Below, one piece after another: positions 36,466-48,619 of a stretch of DNA of 64,000 nucleotides. The stretch's first letter is position 1, and every line of letters starts with the position of its first letter. Source of the stretch: Mobula birostris (Eukaryota); the NCBI RefSeq assembly GCF_030028105.1, contig NC_092392.1:7332613-7396612 (forward strand), written 5' to 3'. The notes beneath the pieces are model-generated. The model searched no databases. It was not told the DNA's origin and saw only the letters and a list, made by a program, of their open reading frames with translations. Position numbers and translations under genes: made by a program.

Positions 36466-38141
36466 ATGTAAAATGAGTGCCAGTGTTGCTGAGTGGAATA
36501 GGTGGAAAAGCATACAATTTGCTTAGAGGTTTAACTGTTTTAACCAAACCAGTGGAAATTGGCTTTGCTGATATCATGAAAGTAATGCAGGAACATTTAG
36601 AACTGAAACCTTTGTTGCTTACAGAACACTATAGGTTTTATAAGCGGAATCAAAATGAAGAGGAGTCCATTTCAGTTTACATGTCTGAATTTAAGTAATT
36701 GTCCAAGCGTTGCCAGTTCAGTGATGATCTAAATGATGCACTTAGAGATCATTTAGTTTCTGAAATCTTACACGAAAGCATCAAAAGCGGTTCCTGGCTG
36801 AAGCACAACTCACATTTAGAAGAGCAATTAAAATCGCTGTATCAGTGGAAATAGCAGAGACTCAACTGAGTTGCTGTCAGTGAAAGTGAGCGTGAACAAA
36901 AGTACAACGTCTAAGCAGAAACCTGCCTGTCCAAACAAATGATTTTACTGTTATGGCAGGGGCTCTCATACACCAGACCAATGCAGGTTTAAAGCTGAAA
37001 CTTGCAAAAAGTAGAACACGTGCAAAGAGCATGTTGGGCAGACAAAAATAAAAGGATGCAACAGGGAAGAGGAAAAATTACGTCAAGTTGCAGTTCCACA
37101 AGAGCACAAATCTGCATGCTGTTGATGGAAATTCTCATAATGGTGAGGCACAGGACTGCATAACCTTGAGATGTACAGTGTGAAACAAACAAGAGATGAG
37201 CATTGTGGCTTACACCAGAAATGAATGGCGAATTAATTAAAATGGAATTGGACGCTGACTTGGCTGTTTGAGTTCGAACACCATTTCAAAGATACTGAAC
37301 TGAAGCCTGCAGATATCCAACTAAGAATTTATACTGGAGGAAAGATAACTCCTGTGGGAATGACGTTTGTAACAGTCAAATACAACAGCCAGCAAGCCAC
37401 ATTGGGCTTGTATGTGGTAAAAAAAAAAAACAGGAGGGCCTGCATTGTGGGGCCACGATGGCTGAGACAACCACAACTTAATTGGAGATCCGTCCACTGT
37501 TTGCATGCCACATCAACTGCAATGGAGCCAACTGAAAGCAAATTAAGAAAGATACTGGATGATGCCACGGCAGTGTTCAAGAGTTGCATTGGAAGACCCA
37601 AACATATCAAGGGTAAAATAGTATTCAATGAAAATGCCACACTCAAGTTTTACAAAGCCCATCCATGATAATGTAGCCAGTGAGCTAGATAGCACGTGGA
37701 CTGAAGTTTTTTTTCCAGTATTGAGTGGAGCCCATGGGCAGCACCAGTGGTCTCAGAAACCAATAAGGATGGGTCTGTCGGGATCTGTGGTCATATTAAG
37801 GTCACTATTAACCCATTACTGAAAATTGATCAATATTGTCTGCCCAGGATAGCAGATATCTTTGCAAGCCTTCCTGAAGGGAAATGCTTCAGAAAAGTGG
37901 ACTTAGCTGAGACCTACTGACAGATGGAGATGGAAGAAGAGTCCAAAGTGTTTTTCACCATAAACACTCACAAGGGGCTTTATCACTACAAAAGGCTTAT
38001 TTTTTTGAGTGGCATCTGCACCTGCCCTGTGATAGAAAGCTATGGACTAGCTGCTGCAAGGCTGGTCATGTACTCTGTGTTACCTGGAGGATATCATTAT
38101 TACTGGTGAAGATGCCAAGGAGCATGTCCTAAATCTCAAGG

Positions 38142-38167
38142 CTAAATCTAAATCTAAATCTAAATCT
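38142..38167. repeat. (ctaaat)n microsatellite inside Gypsy RT
   Basis: About four tandem ctaaat units. Confidence 0.85.
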
Positions 38168-40352
38168 GAAAAGGTTTAGAAAATTGTGGGCTTAGAGCAC
38201 AATGCAACAAGTGTTAATTCTTTAAACCAGGCATCACTTACTTCGGTACACCATTGATGCACAAGAATTACACAAATGTGCTGAGAAAATTCAAACAGTG
38301 ATGGATGCCCCAAAACCAAAGAATGTGCCACAGTTACGTTCTTTTTTAGGATTTGTCGATTACTATAACAGGTTCCTGCCAAACCTGCCTACTGTGCTCT
38401 ACCCCTTGAACTCATTAATACAGATCGGGAAGAAGTGGCAATGGACAATGCAGTGTGAAGTGGCTTTCCAAAAGATAAAGGAAATGGTATTATCAGACAC
38501 TACTCTCACATTATGATCCACATTGTCCAATGATGCTTGCCTGTGATGCCTTGCCTTCTAGTAGAGATGCAGTCATGTCACATGTTATGAGTGATGGAAG
38601 TGAATGTCTCATAACCTTAGCATCATGTTTCCTTAACGCTGCAGAGGAAAGTTTGTGCACAGATTGACAGAGGGTCCTTGAATCTGGTTTGGGGTGTAAA
38701 ATGCTTCAACCGATACTTGTATGAGAGAGAATTTATCTTCATTACTGATCATCAACCACTCGTGTCCGTTTTCAATCCACAGAAGGGTGTTCCACTAACA
38801 GCAGCAGCACGAATGCAGAGATGGGCTCTGTTTCTACTGCTACTGTGTTTTACCCCTTGAACTCAATACTTCCGATCAGGAAGAAATGGCAATGGACAAA
38901 ATAGTGTGGGGTGACCTTCGAAAAGACGAAGGAACTGGTGATGTCAGGCACTGTACTCACACCAATTGATTCACATTATCCAGTAACGCTTGCTAGACAC
39001 TTTGGGATGCCAACACCTTCAGAAGAAAGGTATCCAGAACTGTCATAACATGTTTCTGCAGTCTCAGAGTCAAATCCTATGACTGTCGTGGAGGAGGCCC
39101 CACAACTGAAATTGTTTCACTGCCACAAGTTTCAACATCTCACTTGCCAAGCAGAGAGACTTCCCCCCACCCCCGCACAAGAGCCCCCCAGTCTGGAAAG
39201 AAAAAGGCAAAAAAAAAGACTAAGTAGACATGTTATCCCGGCTCTTCTGTTTTTCTTCCGATTAATTTATGGAATTAGAAAATATAACACATGACTAATG
39301 TCATATTATTATCTTTTTTAATGAATGAAGTGAGATGATTGTATTGAAAACAAGAAGGCTAAAGGCTATAGCATTAGAGACTGATGAAATGAGAAAGCAT
39401 TTGCTAGAGTAGGCAAAGAATGCTACCATCTTCAGAGGAGCAAAACTGTAAATTATTACAGCAAGACAATAAGAAATGAAATAGGGGATTTGAAAAATCT
39501 TTAAACTACAGAGTGGTCAGAATGTAGAATTCATTATTTAAGAACATATTTGAGGCAAGTATGACAGGATTTTAAAGGGGAGGTAAACACATATGAGGCA
39601 GAGGGAACCCAGTGTTATCTGATTTGGATGATGACTTGAAAGGAGCATTAATAGGAACCTAGATTGGTTGGGCTGAGTGGCCTGGTTTTTTTTAGTTGTG
39701 CAGCACTTAATTAAATAAATGTCTGAAGTCATTGAAATGATCTGTAGATGACCACTTTTTACAGCTTTTAACGTTTCAGATGTATTCTGACATAAATCTG
39801 TTGTAAGAATATTCATTGCCAGCAATGTCAGACAATGATTTGAAGGTAGGGCCGGGTGTTTCCACTTTCAGTATACTTCTGTTGTACAGCAGGCAATGTC
39901 ATGTTCATCTGTAACTTACAATCTATTTGGAGAGAATATGGAACAAAATTATAGCTACTTCTGCGATTAAAAGTAGGTTAATGTTTTCACAGAAATGTAG
40001 AGGTGAAGGGTATAAATTATGTGGAAACAATCAGCAGTGTGGTTACCATGCTTGATTGACAGAGGATTTATTCAGTAATCTCCACTCTAGCTGGTTATAG
40101 CATTGTTACCAATGCAGCCTGTTATTATGAACTAAGTGGTATTTATCAAGCAACAGAAAATGTGCATCCCAGACTGACTGGCACACCCACTTCACAAGTC
40201 AGACATCTCATTCAATTCAGCATTTGGTTTGCCTATTTACAGTACACATTGACTCTTTTTATGTTGTTTAGAATATGTTAACTTTTCAAACGTACATTAC
40301 ATCGTCTGATCAGATTTGTTACCTGTTGCTTAAATATATCTTCAGAAGTCTG

Positions 40353-40456
40353 AACTGTTTAATATTGCACTCGATCTGAGAACGTTAGATCACTTAACTG
40401 TTTAATATTGTTCTCGATCTGAGAACGTTAGATCACTTAACGTTTTATCACTTAAC
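40353..40456. repeat. 43-bp tandem duplication plus partial copies
   Basis: aactgtttaatattg(ca/tt)ctcgatctgagaacgttagatcactt at 40353-395 and 40396-438, then aacgttttatcacttaac. Confidence 0.9.
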
Positions 40457-40744
40457 GAAGTATGTTACGGTTTATGTACAGGGATGATGTTTCAAAGAAT
40501 AGTTCCATGGTAGTTGTTAGTCAAAAGAGATGTATGTTTTTATTTTGGAGACTTGCAGCTATTGTTTTGCCTCATTATTTTGTCACTAGTTTAAATGCTC
40601 ATTTAATTGGTGAATGTGAGATCGATAGAATGATGCCAGTGAGAGCTGTAGAGGAGACATTAAAGATGAATATGATTTGATGTTCTTAAAGAGTAAGAGG
40701 TTTTGGAAAATTTGATGGAGATAAAAATTGAAAGTTTCTTCTAG

Positions 40745-41055
40745 GCATGGAGTCCCATAGCAGGGAACCAGGCCTTTCAGCCCAATTCACCCAGGCCACT
40801 TCTGTCACCTGGTGAGCTTGTTCCACCTGCCCATGTTTGACCCATAGCCCTCTAAATCTGTACTTGCCTAGATGGCTCCCCTGCCTCACTTACTATTTTG
40901 GCAACTCATTGCAAACATGCACTGGCCTTTGCGTGAAAAAGCTCACATTTGTCTGGTTTGATCTCCCAAACTACAATACCTAACATTTATGTGGATTAAA
41001 AGTGATTTGCTAATCCTTAGCCCACATATCTAGCTGATCAAGATACCCCTGGCAG
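40745..41055 (-). mobile_element. CR1 3' fragments
   Basis: Minus strand encodes QGYLDQLDMWAKD. The 3' tail appears as caggcctttcagccca on the + strand. Confidence 0.65.
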
Positions 41056-41150
41056 GTAGCCTGTAAGATTAGATTACATGGGACACAGAAGATTACATTT
41101 ACAATCTCTGAGCAGTCATGCCTTACATATGAATCTAATATACTGTATGC

Positions 41151-42193
41151 CAGGGATGGCCAACCTATGGCGCATGAGCCTAAAGTGGCGCATTGGATGA
41201 TTAGAAGTGGCGCATTGCACCCCAGTGATAATGATAAAAAAGTAAGCCTACTCATGCAAAAAGTATTAACCAAAAACTGATTTGTAGAAAAAAAATCTAT
41301 AACAGGAATGCAAGTAGCTTAGAGCTAGAAATGGGTTTTACTGAGAATAAATCTAAAACTTAGCAATCATTTTTAGCAATTTTATTATTTAGTGCACATC
41401 TTTTGGCGAATGTTATCTTCTTTCACATTAATCTGTTTTCAATTTTTAAAAATGTTCAGTGAGTCAAACTAGGAAAGAAAGACTTTTGTACTGCAGTCGT
41501 TCCATAACTGTTCAATACAAGTTTGATACTTGCTTGATCCTGAGGTGCCAGGCGTCTGCACCAGCGGTGCGTCGCAGGTTTTTGCCAGTCAGTTTACAAT
41601 TGACACTCGTGCGCTACGGAATTGTGCTTTGTTCGTCCTTTGTGAACATTTGCAGTTTTGTACTTTTTCGAAAATTAAGCCTTATTTTTACATTCAGTTA
41701 CCCATCACAGTGCAAAAGAAAATGAGCAAAAGAAAAGCAGAAAGTGATAGTAAGCATGAATTCAACGGACAGTGGGAAAATGTATTCTTATTTATAGCGG
41801 GTCCGTCAGGAAAGCCGTTGTGCATTGTTTGTGAAAACGCTTTCTCATATAATAGAAGACATAGTGTCTATTAAGATCATAAAACAACATCAGACTGAAA
41901 TAGAAGGAAAATGGAAGCTAGTGCTTGGGTCTGAGTTATGGAAAGAATATATGATTAAGAAAAAGGAAGAAATCAAAAGAAGACAAAATATATTTGTTAA
42001 AAGAAGTCTCATTAAGGTAAGTAATGTTTATCTTGTTTTTGTATTAAATCAATATATCATGTAAAAATGCTAAATATGTCTATATTAACATACTTTTACA
42101 AGAATTGAGTGGGGGTACAAGAGTTGTATGGCACATCTGAACTCGTGTGTGGAAAAAATTGATGCATGGAATGTAAAAGGTTGGCCACCCCTG
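41151..42193 (+). mobile_element. Non-autonomous hAT element (SPIN/GTF2IRD2-like N-terminal remnant)
   Basis: TIRs cagggatggccaacct / aggttggccacccctg with perfect 8-bp TSD ctgtatgc (41143-50, 42194-201). Encodes MSKRKAES..HEFNGQWENVFLFIAGPSGKPLCIVCE, a BED-type zinc finger start. Confidence 0.9.
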
Positions 42194-43060
42194 CTGTATG
42201 CTGACAAGAGGTACCTTCCTTGCTCTCCTCATAGATATGATAGCCAAGCCTTACTTGAATATAGCTGTCTTGAGCCCAGCCTGTAATTATTACAAACAAA
42301 TGGCTACTGTCTTGTTCTCATGCTTATTAGGTCTTGAAGACCTTGGATCCTAGTGATACAAGCAATTGTCCAACTTATGGCTGCTGCTTTCTAAAGCTGA
42401 GAAAATGTTACATTGGGATATCGTGCCATGTATCTTGCCAGATTGGCTCATTCATGCTATTGCTGTGTTTATTTCAGAGTGTTAATTACTGTCAGTGCCT
42501 TTCCTGGAACTTTTCCTGACTTTGGAACCTTGTGATCAATTATGATTGATAGTTCACTTCATCCCTTTATTTATGTCATCATTAATCTTCTTGCTTAATT
42601 TTTCTTAATGTTTTCAGAGAAATTCATAGATAATATGGCAAACTCCAAAATTCTGTTATGACCCCACAATATTCGTGTCTCTAATCTGCGGTGACCATTT
42701 TAACCCTTTGACTACCACAATTTAATCAATACCTTTGCCATTTGGATGATATGACATGTTATATGCCTACACATCAGTCGATTGGCTAGCTTGATTTAAG
42801 TCAATCTATGTCCTGAATTTGAACATTCTTATACCATTCAATATCAAGTAACATTTTCAAATAGTAGTTGACTTCCTGTTTTGTTTTCCTATCTATTCCA
42901 AATCAATAGGGATGCCTAGTGAAATAGATGCAAGATATTAAAGCAAGCTAATGTTGAGGGTAGCTATTAGTTTCTTAATTATGTATTATTTTTAAGATAA
43001 CTTATAGATAAGAAGCTAGAAACAATTGTAGGGCAAGTAAAATTGAAACCTCTAAAGTTG

Positions 43061-45761
43061 TGATAAATGAAGTGGATAGACTAAAAATTAACATCATAAG
43101 AATTAGCAAAGTTCATTGGACAGGTGCTAGAACATGTCAGGATAGAAATAAAACACTAATTTATTCTTGTGGAACATCCCATACTAATGGAGTAGGAATT
43201 CTTATGGATGAAAACATGGCAAAAAGTGTTTTAGGACATTGGACAACATTAGAAAGAGTGCTGTTTGTTAGATTCAGAGGACAACCATTTGATTTAGAAA
43301 TTATACAGGTATTTGCACCAACAACAGATGGAACAAATGAGGATATAGCTAAATTCTATAAAGAGCTTGAACAAGCAAAGAATGGATGCAAATCTCAAGG
43401 TATTGTTGTTGTCATGGGAGATCTAAATGCTAAAGTAAGACAAGGTGCTGATGGAAATACCATAGGAAAATTTGGACTAGGGGAAAGAAATGAAAGAGGT
43501 GAGAAATAGGTAGAATGGTGCAAAATGAATAATCAGGTCATTATGAATACCTACTTTAAAAACCATCCAAGATGCTTGTGGACCTGGAAAGGTTCAGGAG
43601 ATAGCACCAGAAATCAAATTGACTTTATTACTATAAACGAAAGATTTAGAAACTCAGTGACTCAATGCAAAACATATCCAGGTGCAGACTGTAATAGTGA
43701 CCATAACCCAGCAATATGTCATGTAAAAGTCAAACTTAAAAAACTAAAGAAGCAAAAACCTGAACAATCCCTTGACTACTTGCAATTAATTAAAGAAGAA
43801 AACTTAAGACAAAATTTACAATTGAAGTAAGGAATAGATTTCAAAGTCTAGAAATAGAATCTGTTGAAGATGATAGCAATGATGTAGAAATCAAGCACAA
43901 GGAATAAATGGATGATAGATGAAATTAAAAATCTAATGGAAGAAAGGAGACTGAAGAAAGCAAATCCTATAGAATTTAAGTCCTTAGATAAAAAAAAGTT
44001 AAAAACTTATGTCAAAGAGCCAAAGAAGAATGGTTAAACCAGGAATGTGAGCAACTAGAAAGAATCCCTATTCCTGATCCAGAAAGGGTACATCAACAAA
44101 TCAAGAATATTACTGGTAAAAAGCTCCTCTGTTCTTCAGGTGGATGTTTGAAAGCAAAGGACGGTACCATTATCATGGAAAAAGATGAGATTATGAACAG
44201 ATGGACTGAGTATATTCAGGAATTGTTTGAAGATGATCGAGGCGAAAAACCAGAAATTAAGAAGAACATTGAAGGTCCAAGAATTTTAAAATCTGAAGTT
44301 CATAATGCAATAAATAAGATGAAGAAAGGAAAGGCAGCAAGTCCTGATGAATTAGTAATAGAACAAATTTTCGCCTTGAAGATTATGGAATTGAAAAACT
44401 TACTGATTTAATCGATGACATTTATAAGACTGGAATAATACCAGAAGAGATGAAAAAATCGGTATTTATCACTCTTCCTGAGAAACCTGGAGCGATAGAA
44501 TGTGAATGACGTAGGACCATAAGTTTAATGAGTCATATCACTAAGATACTTCTAAAAAATTTTGATGACAAGAGCTAAAAGTAAGATACAAGCTGAAATA
44601 GGTAAAGAACAATGTGGTTTTGTGAAAGACGAGGGTACAAGAAATGTAATATTGATGTTTAGGATACTATCAGAACGAGCTATTCAAGTGCAATACACAA
44701 AAACATTTGATAAAGTGACGCACAATAAGTTATTTGAAATATTACAGGAAAGTCTGAATCTAGATTCGAAAGACTTCCGCCTAATCAGAAATCTGTACTG
44801 GGAACAAACTGCCGCCGTTAGACTAGATAGAGAAGTGAGTCAGTTTACGAAAATCAAGAGAGGCATTAGACAAGGGTGTGTTTTCTCCCCTGATTTGTTT
44901 AATGTGTATAGTGAAACAATATTACAAAAAATAAGAGACATCTTGGGAATCAAAGTTTGCGGTGAAAACATCAATAATTTTAGATATGCTGATGACACTG
45001 TGTTAATTGCAAGTACGGAGGAAGAACTACAAAACTTAATTGATATAGTTGTTGAAGAAAGTGCAAAAATGGGTCTATCTATCAATTGCAAAAAGACAGA
45101 ATGTATGGTGATATCCAAAAATAAGGAGAATCCTATCTGCAGGCTGAAAATAAACAGGGAAGACATAAAACAGGTACAGAACTTTTGCTGTTTAGGAAAC
45201 TGGGTGACATCAGATGGCAGGTGCGACATGGACATCAAACGAAGAATAGGGATGGCAAAAGCCACCTTTACGAGAATGAAGAGTATAATGACCAACATTA
45301 GCCATGACAACCCACCTCAGAGCACTGAAATGTTACTTTTATTCAGTTATATTATATGGCTCAGAATGTTGGATAATATCTAGTAACATGAGGAAACGAA
45401 TTGAAGCAGCAGAGATGTGGTTTTTGAGGAGGATGCAAAGAATATCATGGACGAAACGAATATCTAACGAGGATGTCATGAACAGAGCAAGCACAAAAAG
45501 AGGAATAATGTATGAGATCATGAAAAGGCAACGTAACTTCATTGGACATCTGATTAGGAAAGAGGGGTTAGAATGCATGGTAATTATGGGAAAGATTGAA
45601 GGAAAGAAAGCAAGAGGAAGGCAAAGACGAATGGTGATGGAGACAGCAGCCAGAGAACTGGAAATGAATACCAATGAATTGATCCTCTTAATCCGAAACA
45701 GGAGTGTGTGGGCCATGGCAGTCAAAGCTCAATCTGGGCATGGCACCTGATGATGATGATG
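43061..45761 (+). mobile_element. RTE-clade LINE, 5'-truncated, APE endonuclease plus RT pseudogene
   Basis: APE motifs VMGDLNAKV, NQIDFI and SDHNP. RT motifs GIRQGCVFSPDLFN and FRYADDTVL. (tga)n tail and TSD aagttg (43055-60, 45762-67). Confidence 0.95.
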
Positions 45762-45823
45762 AAGTTGCTTTTATGGGAATGCCCAAGAATTCTATAAAGG
45801 ATTACAAGTGTCTATAAAGGATT

Positions 45824-46237
45824 GGCTGGGGCACGTGATAAGGATGCCTCCATGTCTGCTACCCCGCAGAGTGTTATACGGCCAGCTACATCATGGTCGA
45901 TGCTTAGCTGGAAGGCCGAAGAAGCGCTATAAGGATCAGGTGAAGAATGCTTTAAGGAAGTGCAAGATCAGACCCACCCAAAGACCTGGAGGAGGTTGCT
46001 GCTGACCGTACCACTTGGCGACAGCTCTGTAGGGATTGAGATCGTATTCTGGAGATGGAAAGAGCTACCAGAAGACAGCAGAAGAGGGAAATGCAGCCAT
46101 GGTTGCCACCATTACTACATATACATGTCCCACCTGCAATAGAGCTTGTGGGTCTAGGATAAGACTGTATAGTCATCAAAGATCTCACCGTTAAAGGAGT
46201 GGACGTCGTCATCGGATTTCGATGGACAACCGAAGAG
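45824..46237 (+). mobile_element. Second RTE-family 3' fragment with C-terminal zinc finger
   Basis: Encodes WLGHVIRM..LPRRVLYGQL..G..GRPKKRYKD and CPTCNRACGSRIRLYSHQRSH. TSD ataaaggatt (45814-23, 46238-47). Confidence 0.88.
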
Positions 46238-47079
46238 ATAAAGGATTAATCCCCAATCCCATTTTCCTTATTCCTGATCAATGCATTTTGTCTCTACACA
46301 AGTAATTTCTCATCAAATGAATATGATGCAGGATTTTCTTAAATAATCGAAAGGTTTTCACGTCCTGCACCAAATACATGCATTTGGTGTTCTGCAACAA
46401 AGGTAATAAAATACTGAGAATTGTGACATCATGGTCTAATAGCAGTATAAACTCAGCAGTGAATTTTATTTCATTACAATGCCTTGACCTGTGAAAGAAA
46501 CAAAATAATTACAAAATATCTGGATCTGCCAAAGATATCATATCTTCTGCTCTGCTGTTGTAATGTAGACACTGGCCTATTTTGAATTATTGCAGTCTGA
46601 CTTGCAACAAAAGTAATGGGCTGACAAGCAAGTGTGGGGTATTTCCAACAAAGCGTAAAAAGATTTAAACAGTAAGAGTGCATTTTTCTTTATCCTATTA
46701 ACACATCGTCTCACCAAATCCATTTTTTAAGAAATCTATGATAGGTTTTTCATCCTTTTTGCTTTTTTGTTTTTTCTTAATAGTGCATTATGTAGAACTC
46801 TTATTATTTGTATATTTTTAATCCTTTCCAAATTCTCTTTGCTAATTTTCAACTCCCTTTGAATAATTAATGTAAATTAACATTTACCAATCCTCCCCTG
46901 AGTCACAGTTCATTAATAGCACTTATTGAGAAGTTAGGTTATACAGTTGTAAGGTATCTTGCATATGTTCTTCAGTCAGCATCACTTAATGATTGGGTAA
47001 TGTATTTGACCTCCCAGGCTTCAGCTTCTCCAATTTGTAAAGGCTGTGACTTATCCATTACATTTGCCTTTTATTTCAG

Positions 47080-47134
47080 GCAGTTCTGTAACTGGTGCTG
47101 ACAGTGCAAAATTTTTAAAACTTACATGCAGCAA
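47080..47134 (+). other. Candidate 55-nt host micro-exon
   Basis: Acceptor tttgccttttatttcag and donor gtatga, within a stretch where I recognise no repeats. One frame is open (SSVTGADSAKFLKLTCS). Gene not recognised. Confidence 0.3.
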
Positions 47135-48619
47135 GTATGATAACAGTAAAAGCATGTGCTTGTTTTTTCTGTTTGAATGGGTTTATTTTTTCTTTGTTTT
47201 TGGACTGTTATATGTGGTTATTATGCCACTTTTTTAAAACTAGTCCCTCTGAATCTGCCACAAGGTATATGCACTTGGTAATTGTTACTTTAAACTTGCC
47301 TAGTTTTCTGATTTTTGAGCAGGGCTTTCTTACTATATGTTTCGATCTTAAAAGTGTTGGACTTTTCCAGTTTCCAAAATTGTGTTGATTGATCGTGTAA
47401 CTGGAAGATGTTATATAGAGGAAGGGGGAGAGATAATCTGACTGAATAGCAAAATGAGGGAGTGTGGCTAGTTAAATATAGTAAAGGTAATCGTGAATAT
47501 TTGATTAAATAGTTTCAAATCAATCATTAGAAAAATGACCTGTTACAAAGGACTTAATTCTGCAGATTTTTAGGTAACTAATTTAACTAAAGGCTAATAT
47601 CGGTTTATAAGAAAAAAGTGAAACGAAATGTAGTTCTTTTCAAAGAGATGATTCAGGTGGAAAATCAACAGAATCCTAGTAATTTGACTTTCAAACTGCA
47701 TTTGACAAGTTCCCTTAAAGCAGATATCTCAAGTGAAATATCAGTGTGGGATTCTCACGGAAACTATGGGTTTAATAAAAAAAATTGGTCTGAAATAAGC
47801 TGCAGAATGTATGTAGTTCTAAAGGGTAATTATTAAAGTTGGGTAGAAGTGACTATTGCTACTCCTTTGGGAAATTTCTAGACTTGTATCATTTATAAGT
47901 TTTATTAATAACCTTACCAAATGAATGATTCAGAACCAATAAATTTGCTGATGGTGCAAAATATCCTACTTAGGATTGAAGTACCACAAAAATATTTAAA
48001 TACTTAAGGAATTAATGTGCACGGAAGTCTGTAATTAGCAATACACTTAAGTGTTGTTCATATCTTATTTAAATTTCGTATGTGTATTTGGGAAAAAGAT
48101 AATCAAAAAATTGTGCACTAAATTGTTTTGTTAGCGTCACTCAATGACTGATCAGCATGGTTTTCAAAATGAGTAGAACAAATTAAGTGAAACCTGTCCT
48201 AAGGCCAGATCATCATGATATTGTATCCCATAATTTTAGAGAATTATCTAGTGTGAATGATTATTGTAAAATGGTAGCATTTGGAAAGGTCATCAAAGGC
48301 AACCAGACGAAGAGGACAGAAACTAATTGATATTTGTGTTAGATAAAATGGTTTATATTTTCACCCTGTATAATTATGAAACCAAAATGATGAGATGAGT
48401 TGGTTTGAAGAAGTGTAATTGTCAGTCAGTTAGCACTGATTTTGTGTAAGTGAACAAATAAGTTAGAAAGGAGTAAACCTTCAGAAGAGTTATTGAGAGT
48501 TTGTTATAATTGCCTTACTTTTGATCCTCACACTCAGTTGGGGAGAGGATTGAGCGAGTGAGTGGTGGGATCGCAAGCATCAAGAAGGCTGGAAAGTAGC
48601 AGCAAGTTGAATAGCCCAT

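Larger units (their letters stand above)
33558..39288 (+). mobile_element. Degenerate Gypsy (Ty3) LTR retrotransposon
   Basis: gag PVLLSGIGGKAYNLLR, protease-like MELDAD, RT FTINTHKGLY and YLEDII, PKPKNVPQLRSFLGFVDYYNRFLPNL, and RNase H FITDHQPL...AAARMQRWALFL. An LTR segment aagtagacat...cccggctc occurs at about 34082 and about 39222. Confidence 0.9.

Noticed and set aside
40353-40456. Possible CRISPR-like repeat
   Set aside because: The units are directly adjacent with no unique spacers, there are no cas genes, and the context is eukaryotic. It is a simple tandem duplication.
44840-45725. Long antisense ORFs
   Set aside because: They are shadows of the RTE reading frame on the opposite strand.
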